From an archaeon (GTDB lineage Archaea; Nanobdellota; Nanobdellia; Pacearchaeales; GW2011-AR1): DNA of 64,000 nucleotides. The first letter of the stretch is position 1; every line of letters starts with the position of its first letter. This document shows positions 1 through 10,519 of this stretch, piece by piece. The notes beneath the pieces were generated by a model, which was not told the origin of the DNA, made no database searches, and saw nothing but the letters and a program-made list of their open reading frames with translations. Location: assembly GCA_043810775.1 (NCBI GenBank), contig JBDRNU010000015.1:52555-116554 (forward strand), written 5' to 3'. The translations under genes and the position numbers were made by a program.

Positions 1-364
1 TGGTCCTGTAAAAAGATTTGGAATAGGCCTCAAATCTCATAAATCTGAAAAAGGTAGGAGAAGACCAGGAAGCTTAGGTCCTTGGCATCCTGCGAGAGTT
101 ACATTCAGAGTACCTATGTCAGGGCAGTTAGGCATGTTCACAAGAATAAATTATAATAATAAAATAATTTCATTAGCTAAAATAACTGAAAAAAACATAA
201 ATCCTTCTTCTGGGTTTAAACATTTTGGCAATATAAAAACAGAATATCTTATTCTCTCAGGATCTGTACAAGGACCCTCAAAGCGCCAATTACTTCTCAC
301 CAAGTCACTTAGGAAAACTAAAAAACAAGATAAAAAAAATTATGAGTTAATAGATTTAAATTAG
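1..364 (+). CDS. rpl3: 50S ribosomal protein L3, 3' partial (runs off window start)
   Basis: In-frame from position 2 (GPVKRFGIGLKSHKSEKGRRRPGSLGPWHPARV...). Lies directly upstream of L4, in the conserved L3-L4-L23-L2 order. Confidence 0.8.
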   Translation, partial: GPVKRFGIGLKSHKSEKGRRRPGSLGPWHPARVTFRVPMSGQLGMFTRINYNNKIISLAKITEKNINPSSGFKHFGNIKTEYLILSGSVQGPSKRQLLLTKSLRKTKKQDKKNYELIDLN

Positions 365-368
365 TAAA

Positions 369-1157
369 ATGAAAGCAAAAATAATATCTGTCGAAGGATT
401 GAGTAAGAAAGAAATATTTCTTCCTAAATGGTTTTCCAATAAAATAAGGGAGGATATTTGCCAAAAATATTTTGAAACATCAAAAAGAATACAACCTTAT
501 GGTCCCAATATACTTGCGGGAATGAAATATTCAGCAAGTGGTAAATTGAGACATGGTAGAAGACTCTGGAAGACAACTTATGGTCATGGAATTTCACGTG
601 TACCTAGAAAGATTTTATGGAGAAGAGGAGATCACTTCCATTGGGTAGGCGCAACTATTTCAGGTACAAGGGGAGGTAGAAAAGCTCATCCTCCTAAACC
701 AGAGCATTTCACAACTCACAAAAAGATCAATAAAAAAGAAGTACAAATAGCAATTCAATCAGCAATATCCTCAACAATATATCCTGAATATATTATAAAA
801 AGATATTCTTCAATAGATGAGATTAAAATTAAATTACCAATAGTATTTGAGAGTAATGTTCTTAATCTTAAAACAAAAGAATTTTATAACCTACTTAAAA
901 ATATACTTCAAGATTTATATAGTATATCAATAAAAAAGAAGAAGGTGAGGGCCGGTAAAGGAAAGAGGAGAGGAAGGAAATATAAGAGTAATGCAGGGTT
1001 ACTGATGATTATAGGCTCAGAAGAAAATAAAAAATTAATTGGAATTGATATAAAGAGGATTTCAGAGCTTGAAGTATCTGATTTTTGGCCTCTTGGAAGA
1101 ATGGCTATATATACAGAAAAAGCCATAGAAGAATTAAATAAGGTGGTGGAAAAATGA
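369..1157 (+). CDS. rpl4: 50S ribosomal protein L4
   Basis: 262 aa; position between L3 and L23; basic KRRGRKYKSNAG motif. Confidence 0.8.
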   Translation: MKAKIISVEGLSKKEIFLPKWFSNKIREDICQKYFETSKRIQPYGPNILAGMKYSASGKLRHGRRLWKTTYGHGISRVPRKILWRRGDHFHWVGATISGTRGGRKAHPPKPEHFTTHKKINKKEVQIAIQSAISSTIYPEYIIKRYSSIDEIKIKLPIVFESNVLNLKTKEFYNLLKNILQDLYSISIKKKKVRAGKGKRRGRKYKSNAGLLMIIGSEENKKLIGIDIKRISELEVSDFWPLGRMAIYTEKAIEELNKVVEK

Positions 1158-1396
1158 TCTTAAAACCAATTACTACTGAAAAAGCTGTGAAATTGATTGA
1201 ACTTGAAAATACTTTAGTTTTCTCCGTAGAGCGAAAATTTAGAAAAAAAGATATAAGGAAAGAGATAGAAGACACATTTAATGTAAAAGTAGATAAAATT
1301 AACTTATTATTAAAAGAGAATAAGAAAAAAGTTTATGTTAAACTAAACAAAAAAAATCCTGCAATTGATATTGCAACTAAATTAGGGATGATATAA
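1154..1396 (+). CDS. rpl23: 50S ribosomal protein L23
   Basis: 80 aa; 4-nt overlap with L4; conserved operon position. Confidence 0.75.
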   Translation: MILKPITTEKAVKLIELENTLVFSVERKFRKKDIRKEIEDTFNVKVDKINLLLKENKKKVYVKLNKKNPAIDIATKLGMI

Positions 1397-1398
1397 AT

Positions 1399-2112
1399 AT
1401 GGGGAAGAGAATTATACAAAGAGCACGGGGAAAAGGAAGCCTAACTTATAGAGTTAGGGCTAAAGCCTTTAAACATAAGATAGGTTACCCAAATATTCAG
1501 GGTAAGGGGATAGTTTTAAAATTATTTAATTCTGCAGGTCACTCAGCTCCACTATCTAAAATAAAAATTGGAAGTAATATTTTTTATAATCCTGCAACAA
1601 AAGGGTTATTTGAAGGGCAAGAAATAGAAATTGGTGGTAGTATAAAAGAAGGAAATATTGTATATTTAAAAGATGTTCCAACAGGCACAAAATTACATAA
1701 TATAGAGATACATCCTGGAGATGGAGGCAAGATAATGAGAGTCTCTGGATCTTATGGAATCTTAACCAAAAAACTACTAGGTAAGGTGGCTATATCATTA
1801 TCTAATAGGAAAGAATTATTATTTTTAGAAAAATGTAGGGCCACAGTAGGAGAAACAGCAGGAGCTGGAAGGTTAGATAAACCTATATTTAAAGCTGGGA
1901 AAAAATATCATATGATGAAAGCTAAAAGTAAACTATGGCCAAGAACCTCTGCAGTTGCAATGAATGTTATAGATCATCCATTTGGGTCTGGTAGGGGTAA
2001 GAGAATTACTCACGGAACAAAAGGCAAAATACCTAAAAGAAACGCTCCACCTGGAGCTAATGTGGGTACCATCAGACCTAGAAGAACAGGAAGGAGGAAA
2101 GGTAGGAAATAG
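1399..2112 (+). CDS. rpl2: 50S ribosomal protein L2
   Basis: 237 aa; C-terminal [13 protein letters not shown]...NAPPGANVG...RRTGRRKG is typical of L2. Confidence 0.9.
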   Translation: MGKRIIQRARGKGSLTYRVRAKAFKHKIGYPNIQGKGIVLKLFNSAGHSAPLSKIKIGSNIFYNPATKGLFEGQEIEIGGSIKEGNIVYLKDVPTGTKLHNIEIHPGDGGKIMRVSGSYGILTKKLLGKVAISLSNRKELLFLEKCRATVGETAGAGRLDKPIFKAGKKYHMMKAKSKLWPRTSAVAMNVIDHPFGSGRGKRITHGTKGKIPKRNAPPGANVGTIRPRRTGRRKGRK

Positions 2113-2117
2113 CAAAA

Positions 2118-2507
2118 ATGGTAGTTGGAGAATTTACTTATAGGGGGAAAACCTTAGAAGAATTGAAGCAATTAGATACTCGTGAGTTTGCAAAATATGT
2201 TGGAACTACTCAAAGAAGATATATTTTAAGAAATTTTGATACAATTGAGAAATTTATCTCAAAAAATAAAAAGAAAGCTGAAAAGGGAAAACCTATAAAA
2301 ACTCATAGTAGGGATATTGTAATAGTTCCAAAAATGATCGGTTTAACTATATTTGTGCATAATGGTAAAGAGTTCGTAAAAGTTATTATTAAAGAAGAAA
2401 TGTTAGGTCATAAATTCGGAGAATTTGTTCCAACCAGGGGGAAAGTCCAACATGGATCACCAGGTATTGGGGCGACAAGGAGTTCAGCATCTTTGTCTGT
2501 AAAGTAA
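2118..2507 (+). CDS. rps19: 30S ribosomal protein S19
   Basis: 129 aa; HNGKEFVKV and [11 protein letters not shown] motifs. Confidence 0.85.
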   Translation: MVVGEFTYRGKTLEELKQLDTREFAKYVGTTQRRYILRNFDTIEKFISKNKKKAEKGKPIKTHSRDIVIVPKMIGLTIFVHNGKEFVKVIIKEEMLGHKFGEFVPTRGKVQHGSPGIGATRSSASLSVK

Positions 2508-2508
2508 A

Positions 2509-3054
2509 ATGGCAGAAGAAAATAAAAATCAAGTAATTGAAAAAGGAGAATTAAAAGTAGTTGAGTCTTCAAATGTTAAAGAGTCAGTTGAAGAACCTGA
2601 TAAAAAAGAAGTAAAAAAAGAGAAAAAAACTGACAAGAAAGATGCAATTCAAAAAAAAGAAGAAGCAATAGTAAGGGGGAAGGATTTAAAAATATCTACA
2701 AAGCACTCTATAGCTATATGCAATTTCATAAAAAACCATTCTCCTGAAAAATCATCAGAAAATCTTAAAAAAGTAATTAATAAAAAAATAGCAATCCCGA
2801 TGAAGGGTGAAATTCCTCATAGAAAAGGTATTGAAAGAGGAAGATATCCTATTAACGCGTGTAAGCAGTTTACTAAACTTTTAAAACAACTTTCTGCTAA
2901 TTCAAATATTAATGGACTTGAAAATCCTATTATTAAGGTCGCAAAGGCTGATCGTGCGAGCAGACCTTATAAAAGATTTGGATCCATGAGATTTAAAAGA
3001 ACAAATGTTTTGTTAATTGCAAGAGAAAATAAAGTAAATAAATCAAAAAAATAA
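2509..3054 (+). CDS. rpl22: 50S ribosomal protein L22 with Lys/Glu-rich N-terminal extension
   Basis: 181 aa; follows S19; the L22 core begins after a roughly 45-aa KE-rich extension. Confidence 0.75.
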   Translation: MAEENKNQVIEKGELKVVESSNVKESVEEPDKKEVKKEKKTDKKDAIQKKEEAIVRGKDLKISTKHSIAICNFIKNHSPEKSSENLKKVINKKIAIPMKGEIPHRKGIERGRYPINACKQFTKLLKQLSANSNINGLENPIIKVAKADRASRPYKRFGSMRFKRTNVLLIARENKVNKSKK

Positions 3055-3055
3055 A

Positions 3056-3769
3056 ATGGAAGAAAAGAAATTTGTCCAATTTAAGAAAGATGAATTTAAT
3101 GTAAAAGAATTTATCAAAAAATTTCTTGGAAAAGGGAAAATAAGTTCAGTCAAAATAGAATATACTCCTGTAGGAGAAAAAATTATAATTTCAACAAACA
3201 AGCCCGGATTTATCATAGGGAGAAAAGGAGAAAGAATAGCTGAATTAACATCTATAATCAAAAATAACTTTAAATTGGAAAATCCCCATATTGAAATTCA
3301 AGAAATTACTAAACCTGAGTTTGATGCTCAGTCAATTGCAGATGAAATAGCGCTTTCATTAGAAAAGTTAGGCAACTTAAGATTTAAGATAATTGCTTAT
3401 AAAGCGCTTGAAAGAATTATGAGAGCAGGAGCATTAGGTTCAGAAATAAAAATGTCTGGCAAATTACCTAGTGAAAGAGCAAAATCCTGGAGATTTGCTG
3501 CAGGTTACTTAAAGAAGACTGGAGAACCAGCAAAAATTGTAGACAGAGCACAAGCAACTTCCTTAACTCTATCAGGAATAACTGGGATAAAAGTAAGTAT
3601 TTTACCACCTGGCAGAAAAATTCATGATCAGATTGAAATAAATGATGAGATTAAAAACCAAATTAAAGCGAACAATTTAAAAATGCAAGAAGAAGTAAAG
3701 CCTGATGTTAAAAAAATTAAGACAAGAAAAAAGAATAAATCAAAGGAAAATGGCACTGTTAAAAAATAA
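3056..3769 (+). CDS. rps3: 30S ribosomal protein S3 (KH domain) with K-rich C-terminal tail
   Basis: 237 aa; GFIIGRKGERIAELT KH-type motif; operon position. Confidence 0.85.
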   Translation: MEEKKFVQFKKDEFNVKEFIKKFLGKGKISSVKIEYTPVGEKIIISTNKPGFIIGRKGERIAELTSIIKNNFKLENPHIEIQEITKPEFDAQSIADEIALSLEKLGNLRFKIIAYKALERIMRAGALGSEIKMSGKLPSERAKSWRFAAGYLKKTGEPAKIVDRAQATSLTLSGITGIKVSILPPGRKIHDQIEINDEIKNQIKANNLKMQEEVKPDVKKIKTRKKNKSKENGTVKK

Positions 3770-3923
3770 AGAAATTGAAAAAATGAATGAAAAGGAAAGG
3801 AAGGAAAGATTAAAAGATTTAAGAATCGAACTTATAAAAAAAAATGCAGCTGCCAATAAATCAAGTAAAATAAAGGCAAAGGAAATAAAAAAAGCAATTG
3901 CCAGGATACTCACCAAAACTTAA
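3750..3923 (+). CDS. rpl29: 50S ribosomal protein L29
   Basis: The ORF-track frame starts at 3705, but the likely start is the internal Met at 3750 (MALLKNKEIEKMNEKERKERLKDLR...). Short overlap with S3. Confidence 0.7.
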   Translation: MALLKNKEIEKMNEKERKERLKDLRIELIKKNAAANKSSKIKAKEIKKAIARILTKT

Positions 3924-3925
3924 AA

Positions 3926-4225
3926 ATGGATATATGTCCAAAATGTGGCCTACCAAAACAGGCTTGTGTTTGCGAAGATATCGCAAAGAGTGAACAGAAG
4001 ATAACTATAGAACGAGTGAAAAGAAGATTCGGTAAGTTCATGACCCTTATAAGGGGCATTGGATCTGGAGTTAACATTAAAGAAATTGCAAAAGAACTTA
4101 AAGGAGAATTTGCATGTGGTGGAACAGTGAAGGGAGGGGTAATTGAACTTCAAGGAGACCATACCAAGAAACTAAAACAAGCATTAGTAAGGTTAGGTTT
4201 TTCAGAAGACTCTATATCAGAGTAA
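3926..4225 (+). CDS. translation initiation factor aIF1/SUI1 with N-terminal Zn-ribbon
   Basis: 99 aa; CPKCGLPKQACVC followed by a SUI1 core (GKFMTLIRGI...GGTVKGGVIELQGDH). Confidence 0.8.
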   Translation: MDICPKCGLPKQACVCEDIAKSEQKITIERVKRRFGKFMTLIRGIGSGVNIKEIAKELKGEFACGGTVKGGVIELQGDHTKKLKQALVRLGFSEDSISE

Positions 4226-4231
4226 AGAAAA

Positions 4232-4585
4232 ATGGCAAAAAAACTAGATAAGAAGAAAAATGTAGATGAAAAAGCTAGCTGTGCAGATTCTCAATGTCCT
4301 TTTCATGGGGTTCTCTCAACTCGGGGAAGAACTTTTGAAGGATATGTAATTGAAAAATTCCCAAGAAGGGTAACTATTGAATTTGAAAGAACATTTTATA
4401 TAGGGAAATATGAAAGGTATGCTAAGAAGAAAACAAGAATTCATGTCAGATTGCCATCTTGCATGGAAGATGAGATCCAACTTGGAGATTATATCAAGGT
4501 TAAAGAATGCCGTCCTTTGAGTAAGTTAATACATTTCGTAGTTATTGAAAAAATCCGTTCAGCAAAGGGAGAGACTAAAAAATGA
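4232..4585 (+). CDS. rps17: 30S ribosomal protein S17
   Basis: 117 aa; N-terminal CxxxxC extension plus an S17 OB-fold region. Confidence 0.8.
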   Translation: MAKKLDKKKNVDEKASCADSQCPFHGVLSTRGRTFEGYVIEKFPRRVTIEFERTFYIGKYERYAKKKTRIHVRLPSCMEDEIQLGDYIKVKECRPLSKLIHFVVIEKIRSAKGETKK

Positions 4586-4983
4586 AGTCAATAAGTGCAA
4601 GAGCAACTCGTGGATTGAATATAGGAAGTTTAGTTATCGCAACTGATAATTCAGGAGCTAGGATAGTTAAGATAGTATCAGTAAAGAAGGGTAAATCTAA
4701 AAAAGGCCGCCAGCAATTCGCAAAAATAGCTGATTGGGTTAAAGTAAGCGTGAGAAAAGGCCTTCCAGACATGAAGGGGCAAGTATTTGATGCCGTTATT
4801 GTAAGGCAGAGAAAACCTTATAGAAGGAAAACTGGTGAAAGAATATGCTTTACAGATAATGCTGTAGCATTATTAAAGGATGAGAAAGGAAACCCAAAAG
4901 GGACACAAATTAAAGGTCCAATCGCAAGAGAAATCTCAGAAAGATGGAAAGAAGTATCTAAAATAGCTTCAATTGTTGTTTAA
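4582..4983 (+). CDS. rpl14: 50S ribosomal protein L14
   Basis: 133 aa; GSLVIATDNSGAR motif. Confidence 0.9.
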   Translation: MKSISARATRGLNIGSLVIATDNSGARIVKIVSVKKGKSKKGRQQFAKIADWVKVSVRKGLPDMKGQVFDAVIVRQRKPYRRKTGERICFTDNAVALLKDEKGNPKGTQIKGPIAREISERWKEVSKIASIVV

Positions 4984-5404
4984 AATGAAACAAAAATTTA
5001 GCACAAGTTGGAAATCAAGTAAGCAAAGAAGAAAACAAAGGAAATACCTAGCTAATGCACCATTACATTTAAGAAATAAATTAATTTCAGCAAACCTATC
5101 TAAAGAACTAAGAAAGAAGTATTTAAGGAGATCTTTTACATTGAGAAAGGGAGATACTGTAAAAGTTATGAGGGGTCAGTTTAAAAATAAGTCTGGAAAA
5201 GTAAATTATATAGACAAATCCAGATTAAGATTAAATATTGAAGGAATACAAAGACAAAAGAAAGATGGAACAAAAGTTAATGTCTGGTTTAATCCTTCTA
5301 CTTTGCAAATTCAAGAAGTTTTACTAGGAGATAAGAATAGAGAAAAATCAATTAAATTAAAAATAGGTACAGGAAATGCATCTAAAAAGACAAAAATCGC
5401 CTAG
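4973..5404 (+). CDS. rpl24: 50S ribosomal protein L24 (KOW)
   Basis: 143 aa; KGDTVKVMRGQFKNKSGKV KOW motif. Confidence 0.8.
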   Translation: MLFKMKQKFSTSWKSSKQRRKQRKYLANAPLHLRNKLISANLSKELRKKYLRRSFTLRKGDTVKVMRGQFKNKSGKVNYIDKSRLRLNIEGIQRQKKDGTKVNVWFNPSTLQIQEVLLGDKNREKSIKLKIGTGNASKKTKIA

Positions 5405-6017
5405 AAGATGGCCAATAACCAGGAAAGGGACCAAATACTTAGTAGTGCCTTCACACCAAAAAAGAAGTGGAGTTCCTTTGTTATTAGTATTAAGGGATAT
5501 GTTGAAATTAGGAAGTACACGAAAAGAACTCAAAAAAATTATGAATGAAGGGCAAGTGTTCTTAAATTGCAAAATTATAAAAAATGAAAAACATCCAGTA
5601 CTGCTTTTTGATACAATCTCTTTTAAGAATGGAATGAGTTATCAGCTTAATTACTCGGACAAGAGAAAATTTTTATTAAAAGAAATTAAAAATGAAGAAC
5701 AAAATAAAAAAATAGTTAAGCTTATCGGAAAAAGAATTCTAAAAGGAAATAAAATACAACTAAATTTTAATGATGGAAGATCTTTGCTGAGCAGGGAGGA
5801 TCTTAAGGTTGGAAATTCAGTATTACTAGATTTAATAAGCAATAAAATATTGAAAAAAATTGAATTAAAAGATAATTCTGATATTATAGTTATTGGTGGA
5901 AAACATATGGGGAAAACAGGAAAAATAGAAAAAATAATTGAAGAAAGGAGTATGGCTACTATAATATTAAAAGATAAAAAAATAAATGTAAATCTTAATA
6001 ATTTAATTGCAGTCTAA
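5376..6017 (+). CDS. rps4e: 30S ribosomal protein S4e
   Basis: 213 aa; PRRWPITRKGTKYLVVP N-terminus is typical of S4e. Confidence 0.85.
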   Translation: MHLKRQKSPRRWPITRKGTKYLVVPSHQKRSGVPLLLVLRDMLKLGSTRKELKKIMNEGQVFLNCKIIKNEKHPVLLFDTISFKNGMSYQLNYSDKRKFLLKEIKNEEQNKKIVKLIGKRILKGNKIQLNFNDGRSLLSREDLKVGNSVLLDLISNKILKKIELKDNSDIIVIGGKHMGKTGKIEKIIEERSMATIILKDKKINVNLNNLIAV

Positions 6018-6531
6018 AATGAAAAATAAAATGCAAGAAATAAAAATAGAAAAAATAGTATTAAGTGCTGGTGCAACTGGAGAAAAATTAGATAGGGCTG
6101 TAAAGTTGTTAAATATCATTTCTGGAATGAAAACAATAAAAACATCATCTAATAAAAGAATACCTGGTTTTGGAATACGTCCAGGTTTAGAAATAGGATG
6201 CAAAGTCACTTTAAGAGGTAAAAAAGGAGTTCCTTTATTAAAAAGATTGCTTCAAGGAGTAAAAAATGAAATCAAGGAGAGTCAAATTGAAGAAAATCAT
6301 TTATCTTTTGGGATAGAGGAATATATTGAAGTTCCGGGGTTGGAGTATCAAAGGGACATAGGTATTTTAGGATTTAATGTGACTGTAGTATTTGAAAGGA
6401 AAGGTAAGAGAGTGAAAATTAAAAAAATAAAGAGGGGAAAAATTCCCCCTAGACAAAATGTATCTAAGGAAGAAATTATTGATTTTATGAAAATCTTTTT
6501 TGAATTGGAGGTGAAAAATGACAGCAAGTGA
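6007..6531 (+). CDS. rpl5: 50S ribosomal protein L5
   Basis: 174 aa; operon position and length. Confidence 0.8.
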   Translation: MQSKMKNKMQEIKIEKIVLSAGATGEKLDRAVKLLNIISGMKTIKTSSNKRIPGFGIRPGLEIGCKVTLRGKKGVPLLKRLLQGVKNEIKESQIEENHLSFGIEEYIEVPGLEYQRDIGILGFNVTVVFERKGKRVKIKKIKRGKIPPRQNVSKEEIIDFMKIFFELEVKNDSK

Positions 6532-6748
6532 TTGGAAGAAGTTACTTAAACAATTAAGAAATAAACCTGCTGTTATGGAGAAGTTTTTAAAACACAATAA
6601 ACCAAAAGACAGGAAGTTCGGTATAGCCTCTAAGAAGTGTGAGAGATGTGGGAGATTTGGGGCTCATATAAAGTCTTTTGGTTTGAATTTATGTAGGCAC
6701 TGCTTTAGAGAAACCGCTCAGGAGTTAGGATTTAAAAAATATAGTTAA
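6518..6748 (+). CDS. rps14: 30S ribosomal protein S14 (Zn-ribbon type)
   Basis: 76 aa; [25 protein letters not shown]. Confidence 0.85.
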   Translation: MTASDWKKLLKQLRNKPAVMEKFLKHNKPKDRKFGIASKKCERCGRFGAHIKSFGLNLCRHCFRETAQELGFKKYS

Positions 6749-6749
6749 A

Positions 6750-7124
6750 ATGGGACAAGATATTGTGGCTGACGCCTTAAACCAAATTATGAATTCCAAA
6801 AAGGCAGGAAAGAATTTTGTAGTTGTAAATAGATATTCAAACTTATTATTAAAATTACTAGACTTGGCTCAAAAAGAAGGATATATTGATAGATATGAAA
6901 TAAAAGGAAATAATTTAAGAATTGAGTTTAGTAAGTTAAATTGTTGTAAGGCTATTAAACCTAGATTTTATGTAAAAATTGGAGGAATAGATAAGTATGT
7001 GAGGAGATATTTACCATCTCGAACTTTTGGAGTAATAATTATCTCAACTAATAAAGGTCTAATAACAAATTCGCAAGCATATGAAAAAAATATTGGGGGA
7101 AGCTTAATTGCTTATTTTTACTAA
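6750..7124 (+). CDS. rps8: 30S ribosomal protein S8
   Basis: 124 aa; operon position; C-terminal ISTNKGLITNSQA motif. Confidence 0.85.
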   Translation: MGQDIVADALNQIMNSKKAGKNFVVVNRYSNLLLKLLDLAQKEGYIDRYEIKGNNLRIEFSKLNCCKAIKPRFYVKIGGIDKYVRRYLPSRTFGVIIISTNKGLITNSQAYEKNIGGSLIAYFY

Positions 7125-7661
7125 ATGAAAATCAAAATACAAGAAGAAATAGGAATTCCTGAAGGAGTTACAGTTAGTATGGAAGAAAATATCATAGAAT
7201 TAGCAAAAGGTCCCTTTAAACTTAGAAAAATCTTTGAGGGGTTCAAAATAAAGCAAGAAAACAATAAAATAATTCTTTATACTGAAAAAGCCACTAAGCG
7301 GGAGAAGAAGTTAATAATGACTTTTAAAGCTCATATAAATAATATGATTAAAGGGTTGGCTGAAAAATTTGTATATAAATTACAGATAGCTTCAGTGCAC
7401 TTTCCAGTTACAGTTAGCATTGAAGGTAATCAATTACTAATTAAGAATTTTTTAGGTGAAGTAACTCCTAGGAAAGCAAAAATCTTACCAGAAGTTGAAG
7501 TAAAAGTTGAAAAGGATATAATCACTGTCGAATCAAATAATATAGAGGCAGCTGGGCAGACTGCGGCTAATATAGAAAAAGCCACCAAAGTTAAAGGAAG
7601 AGATAGACGTATTTTCCAAGATGGCATTTATATTACTGAAAAACCAGGGAGAGAAATATAG
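7125..7661 (+). CDS. rpl6: 50S ribosomal protein L6
   Basis: 178 aa; operon position. Confidence 0.8.
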   Translation: MKIKIQEEIGIPEGVTVSMEENIIELAKGPFKLRKIFEGFKIKQENNKIILYTEKATKREKKLIMTFKAHINNMIKGLAEKFVYKLQIASVHFPVTVSIEGNQLLIKNFLGEVTPRKAKILPEVEVKVEKDIITVESNNIEAAGQTAANIEKATKVKGRDRRIFQDGIYITEKPGREI

Positions 7662-8062
7662 TGAAAAAGAAATTTTTAAGGAGAAATTGGAGAGAATATA
7701 AAAGATTAGGTAGAGGAAGAAAGAAAAAACAAAAGTGGAGAAGACCTAAAGGAAGACATGCTAAGATGAGAGAAAAAGTAAGGGGGAGACCAGGCAGGCC
7801 CTCAATAGGACTTAAGAAAAGAGTTTCAATAAATCAAGCGATAAGAGTAAATAGTATAAAACAAGCCAAAACAGTATCAAAAAATAAAAATGTCATATTG
7901 TGTAAAATGGGTAAAAATAAAAAAATAGAAATATCAAAAATTGCTCAGGAAAAAGGGTATAATATACTTAATTTAAATATAAATAAACTGATTAAATATA
8001 ACTCAAAGAATAAAGAGAAGATTTCACCTAAAATTAAAGATAAAATGGAGAAAAAGAAATGA
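7661..8062 (+). CDS. rpl32e: 50S ribosomal protein L32e
   Basis: 133 aa; WRRPKGRHAKMREKVRGRP motif. Confidence 0.8.
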   Translation: MKKKFLRRNWREYKRLGRGRKKKQKWRRPKGRHAKMREKVRGRPGRPSIGLKKRVSINQAIRVNSIKQAKTVSKNKNVILCKMGKNKKIEISKIAQEKGYNILNLNINKLIKYNSKNKEKISPKIKDKMEKKK

Positions 8063-8460
8063 ACCTCAAAAAGAAAAAAGAATTATCTGCAAGAGTCTTA
8101 AATGTTGGAAAAGATAGGATATTTTTAGATAGTAATAGGATCAATGAAATAAAAGAAGCAATTACAGCTCAAGATATAAGAGATCTTAATAAAAGTGGAG
8201 TCATTAAAATCAAAGAAAAAAAAGGTCGAAGAGTAAACAAACAAACAAAACCTAAAAAGAGTCCTGGAAAAATCAGAAAAAAAGTTAAAAATAGAAAACA
8301 AAATTATATTAAATTAACTAGAAAACTAAGAAATTATATTTCTGAACTAAAAAAACAAGGAAAATTAACTAAAAAAGAATATGTTGATTTAAGGAAGAAA
8401 ATAAGGGCTAAACAATTTAAAAGTAAATCTCATTTAAAAGAAGTAATTAAGGTAAAATGA
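8059..8460 (+). CDS. rpl19e: 50S ribosomal protein L19e
   Basis: 133 aa; KKKELSARVLNVGKDRIFLD N-terminus. Confidence 0.8.
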   Translation: MNLKKKKELSARVLNVGKDRIFLDSNRINEIKEAITAQDIRDLNKSGVIKIKEKKGRRVNKQTKPKKSPGKIRKKVKNRKQNYIKLTRKLRNYISELKKQGKLTKKEYVDLRKKIRAKQFKSKSHLKEVIKVK

Positions 8461-8954
8461 AAGTGAATAAAAGAAGAAGAAAAGAAAGAGTAACAGATTA
8501 CAAATCTAGGCTTAATTTATTAAAGTCAGGCCTTCCAAGAGTAGTATTTAGAAAGTCAAATAAATTTATTATAGGCCAGTATATTAAAAGTGAGAAAGCA
8601 CAAGATTCTATAATTGCTGGGGCAACTTCAAAGGACCTTTTAGATTATGGTTGGCCAATAGAATTAAGAGGTAGTTTAAAATCACTTACAGCATCTTACC
8701 TTACTGGATTTTTATTAGGGAGAAAAATAATTGATAAAGAAGGAGAATCAAGAGCAATTTTTGATATAGGTTTGCTTAGAAATATTGCTAAATCAAGAGC
8801 TTACGCTTTTCTTAAAGGTGTTATTGATTCTGGAGTGATAATTAATCATAATGAAAAAATGTTCCCTATAGAAGATAAGATTCAAGGAAATCATCTCAAA
8901 AAAAATATTAAAGAAATATTTGGAAAAGTAAAGGAAAAAATTGAACATGGGTGA
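8457..8954 (+). CDS. rpl18: 50S ribosomal protein L18
   Basis: 165 aa; operon position; L18/5S-binding-like core. Confidence 0.75.
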   Translation: MKVNKRRRKERVTDYKSRLNLLKSGLPRVVFRKSNKFIIGQYIKSEKAQDSIIAGATSKDLLDYGWPIELRGSLKSLTASYLTGFLLGRKIIDKEGESRAIFDIGLLRNIAKSRAYAFLKGVIDSGVIINHNEKMFPIEDKIQGNHLKKNIKEIFGKVKEKIEHG

Positions 8955-9684
8955 AAAAAATATTGGACAATTTAATAAAGGAAAATTTAGAGAAGAAGAT
9001 AGAAAAGCAGCTCTGGCTAAGAGGGAAGAAGAGCGTAGAAAAGATGAAGTTGCTTCATGGCAGCCTAAAACAAAAATTGGAAAATTAGTCAAATCCAAGC
9101 AAATTATTGATTTAGATGAAGTAATTGAAAAATATAAGATTCTTGAATCTGAGATTGTAGAATTTTTAATAAAACCTAAATCTGATTTACTATTAATTGG
9201 TCAGTCTAAAGGTAAATTTGGTGGTGGAAAAAGGAGAATCTGGCGTCAAACTCAGAGGAAATCAGCAGAAGGAAATATTCCTACTTTCGCTTCAATGGCT
9301 GTTATTGGAGATGAAGAAGGGCATGTTGGAATAGGGTATGGGAGAGCAAAAGAAACTCTTCCTTCAAGAAATAAAGCTTTAAGAAATGCTAAGCTAAATA
9401 TAATTAAAGTTCAAAGAGGATGTGGTAGTTTTGATTGCTCTTGTAACGAGCCACATAGTATTCCTTTTATTGTAGAAGGTAAATGTGGAAGTTCAAGAAT
9501 TAAACTATTACCCGCACCACAAGGTACTGGTTTAGTTGTTGGAGATGAAATTAAAAAGATTTTGAAACTAGCAGGAATTAAAGATGTTTATAGCCAGACT
9601 TTTGGCCAAACTAAAACAACAATTAATCTAGCAAAAGCTACTATTGAAGCCCTTAAGAAAACTAATGAATTTATTAAAAAATGA
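8941..9684 (+). CDS. rps5: 30S ribosomal protein S5
   Basis: 247 aa; GHVGIGYGRAKETLPSRNKALRNAK S5 motif. Confidence 0.85.
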   Translation: MNMGEKNIGQFNKGKFREEDRKAALAKREEERRKDEVASWQPKTKIGKLVKSKQIIDLDEVIEKYKILESEIVEFLIKPKSDLLLIGQSKGKFGGGKRRIWRQTQRKSAEGNIPTFASMAVIGDEEGHVGIGYGRAKETLPSRNKALRNAKLNIIKVQRGCGSFDCSCNEPHSIPFIVEGKCGSSRIKLLPAPQGTGLVVGDEIKKILKLAGIKDVYSQTFGQTKTTINLAKATIEALKKTNEFIKK

Positions 9685-10106
9685 TAGCGATAATTAGAAT
9701 TTGTGGAAGAGTAAATATACGTGAAGATATAAAGAATACTTTATACAGGTTAAGACTTAGGCATAAATATACTTGTGTAATTTTAAAAGAAACTCCTGAA
9801 ACAAGAGGGATGATTCAAAAAATTAGAAATCATGTAGCTTATGGTAAAATAGATAATCAAACCCTGACTGATTTAATCAAACAGAGGGGAAAACTACTTG
9901 ATAAAAAAAAGAAATTAGATCCTGAGAAAATTGCTGAAGAGATTCTTAATGCAAAGGTGGATAAAAAGCTTGAATTTTTAAACTTAAAACCTTTTTTTAG
10001 ATTGCACCCTCCAAGAAGAGGCATAAAATCAAAATTACACTATCCTAAAGGGGTGCTTGGAGATAATAAGGAAAAAATAAATGACTTAATAAGGAGAATG
10101 TTATAA
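9681..10106 (+). CDS. rpl30: 50S ribosomal protein L30
   Basis: 141 aa; IAIIRICGRVNIREDIKNTL N-terminus. Confidence 0.8.
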   Translation: MIAIIRICGRVNIREDIKNTLYRLRLRHKYTCVILKETPETRGMIQKIRNHVAYGKIDNQTLTDLIKQRGKLLDKKKKLDPEKIAEEILNAKVDKKLEFLNLKPFFRLHPPRRGIKSKLHYPKGVLGDNKEKINDLIRRML

Positions 10107-10107
10107 A

Positions 10108-10518
10108 ATGAAGCTAAAGAAAAAGAAAAAATCAGTAAGAATGCGCGGAACAAGATTGCACGGTTGGGCTGCTAAAAAGCATAAAGGAAGTGGAAATAGG
10201 GGGGGGAAGGGAATGGCTGGTACTGGTAAAAGAGCAGACCAAAGAAAAACATATGTTCTTAAATATGATTATCCTTATTTTGGTAAGAAAGCAGCAAAGC
10301 TAAAAAAGCATAAAAAAAAGAAGATTAATTCTATTAATCTTCAACAAATTCAAGGAAATCTAAAATCTGGAGAAAAAGAACTTAATTTTAAAAGATATAA
10401 AATACTAGGTCGCGGAGATATAAAAGATAAAGTTACTATAATTGCAAATTCAGCTTCAAAGTCTGCTATTAAGAAAGTAGAAAAAGCGGGTGGGAAAATA
10501 ATAATTAATAAAAGATAA
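10108..10518 (+). CDS. rpl15: 50S ribosomal protein L15
   Basis: 136 aa; GSGNRGGKGMAGTGKR motif. Confidence 0.85.
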   Translation: MKLKKKKKSVRMRGTRLHGWAAKKHKGSGNRGGKGMAGTGKRADQRKTYVLKYDYPYFGKKAAKLKKHKKKKINSINLQQIQGNLKSGEKELNFKRYKILGRGDIKDKVTIIANSASKSAIKKVEKAGGKIIINKR

Positions 10519-10519
10519 A

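Noticed and set aside
908-1126. 72-aa minus-strand ORF inside rpl4
   Set aside because: It is embedded antisense in a conserved r-protein gene and is spurious.
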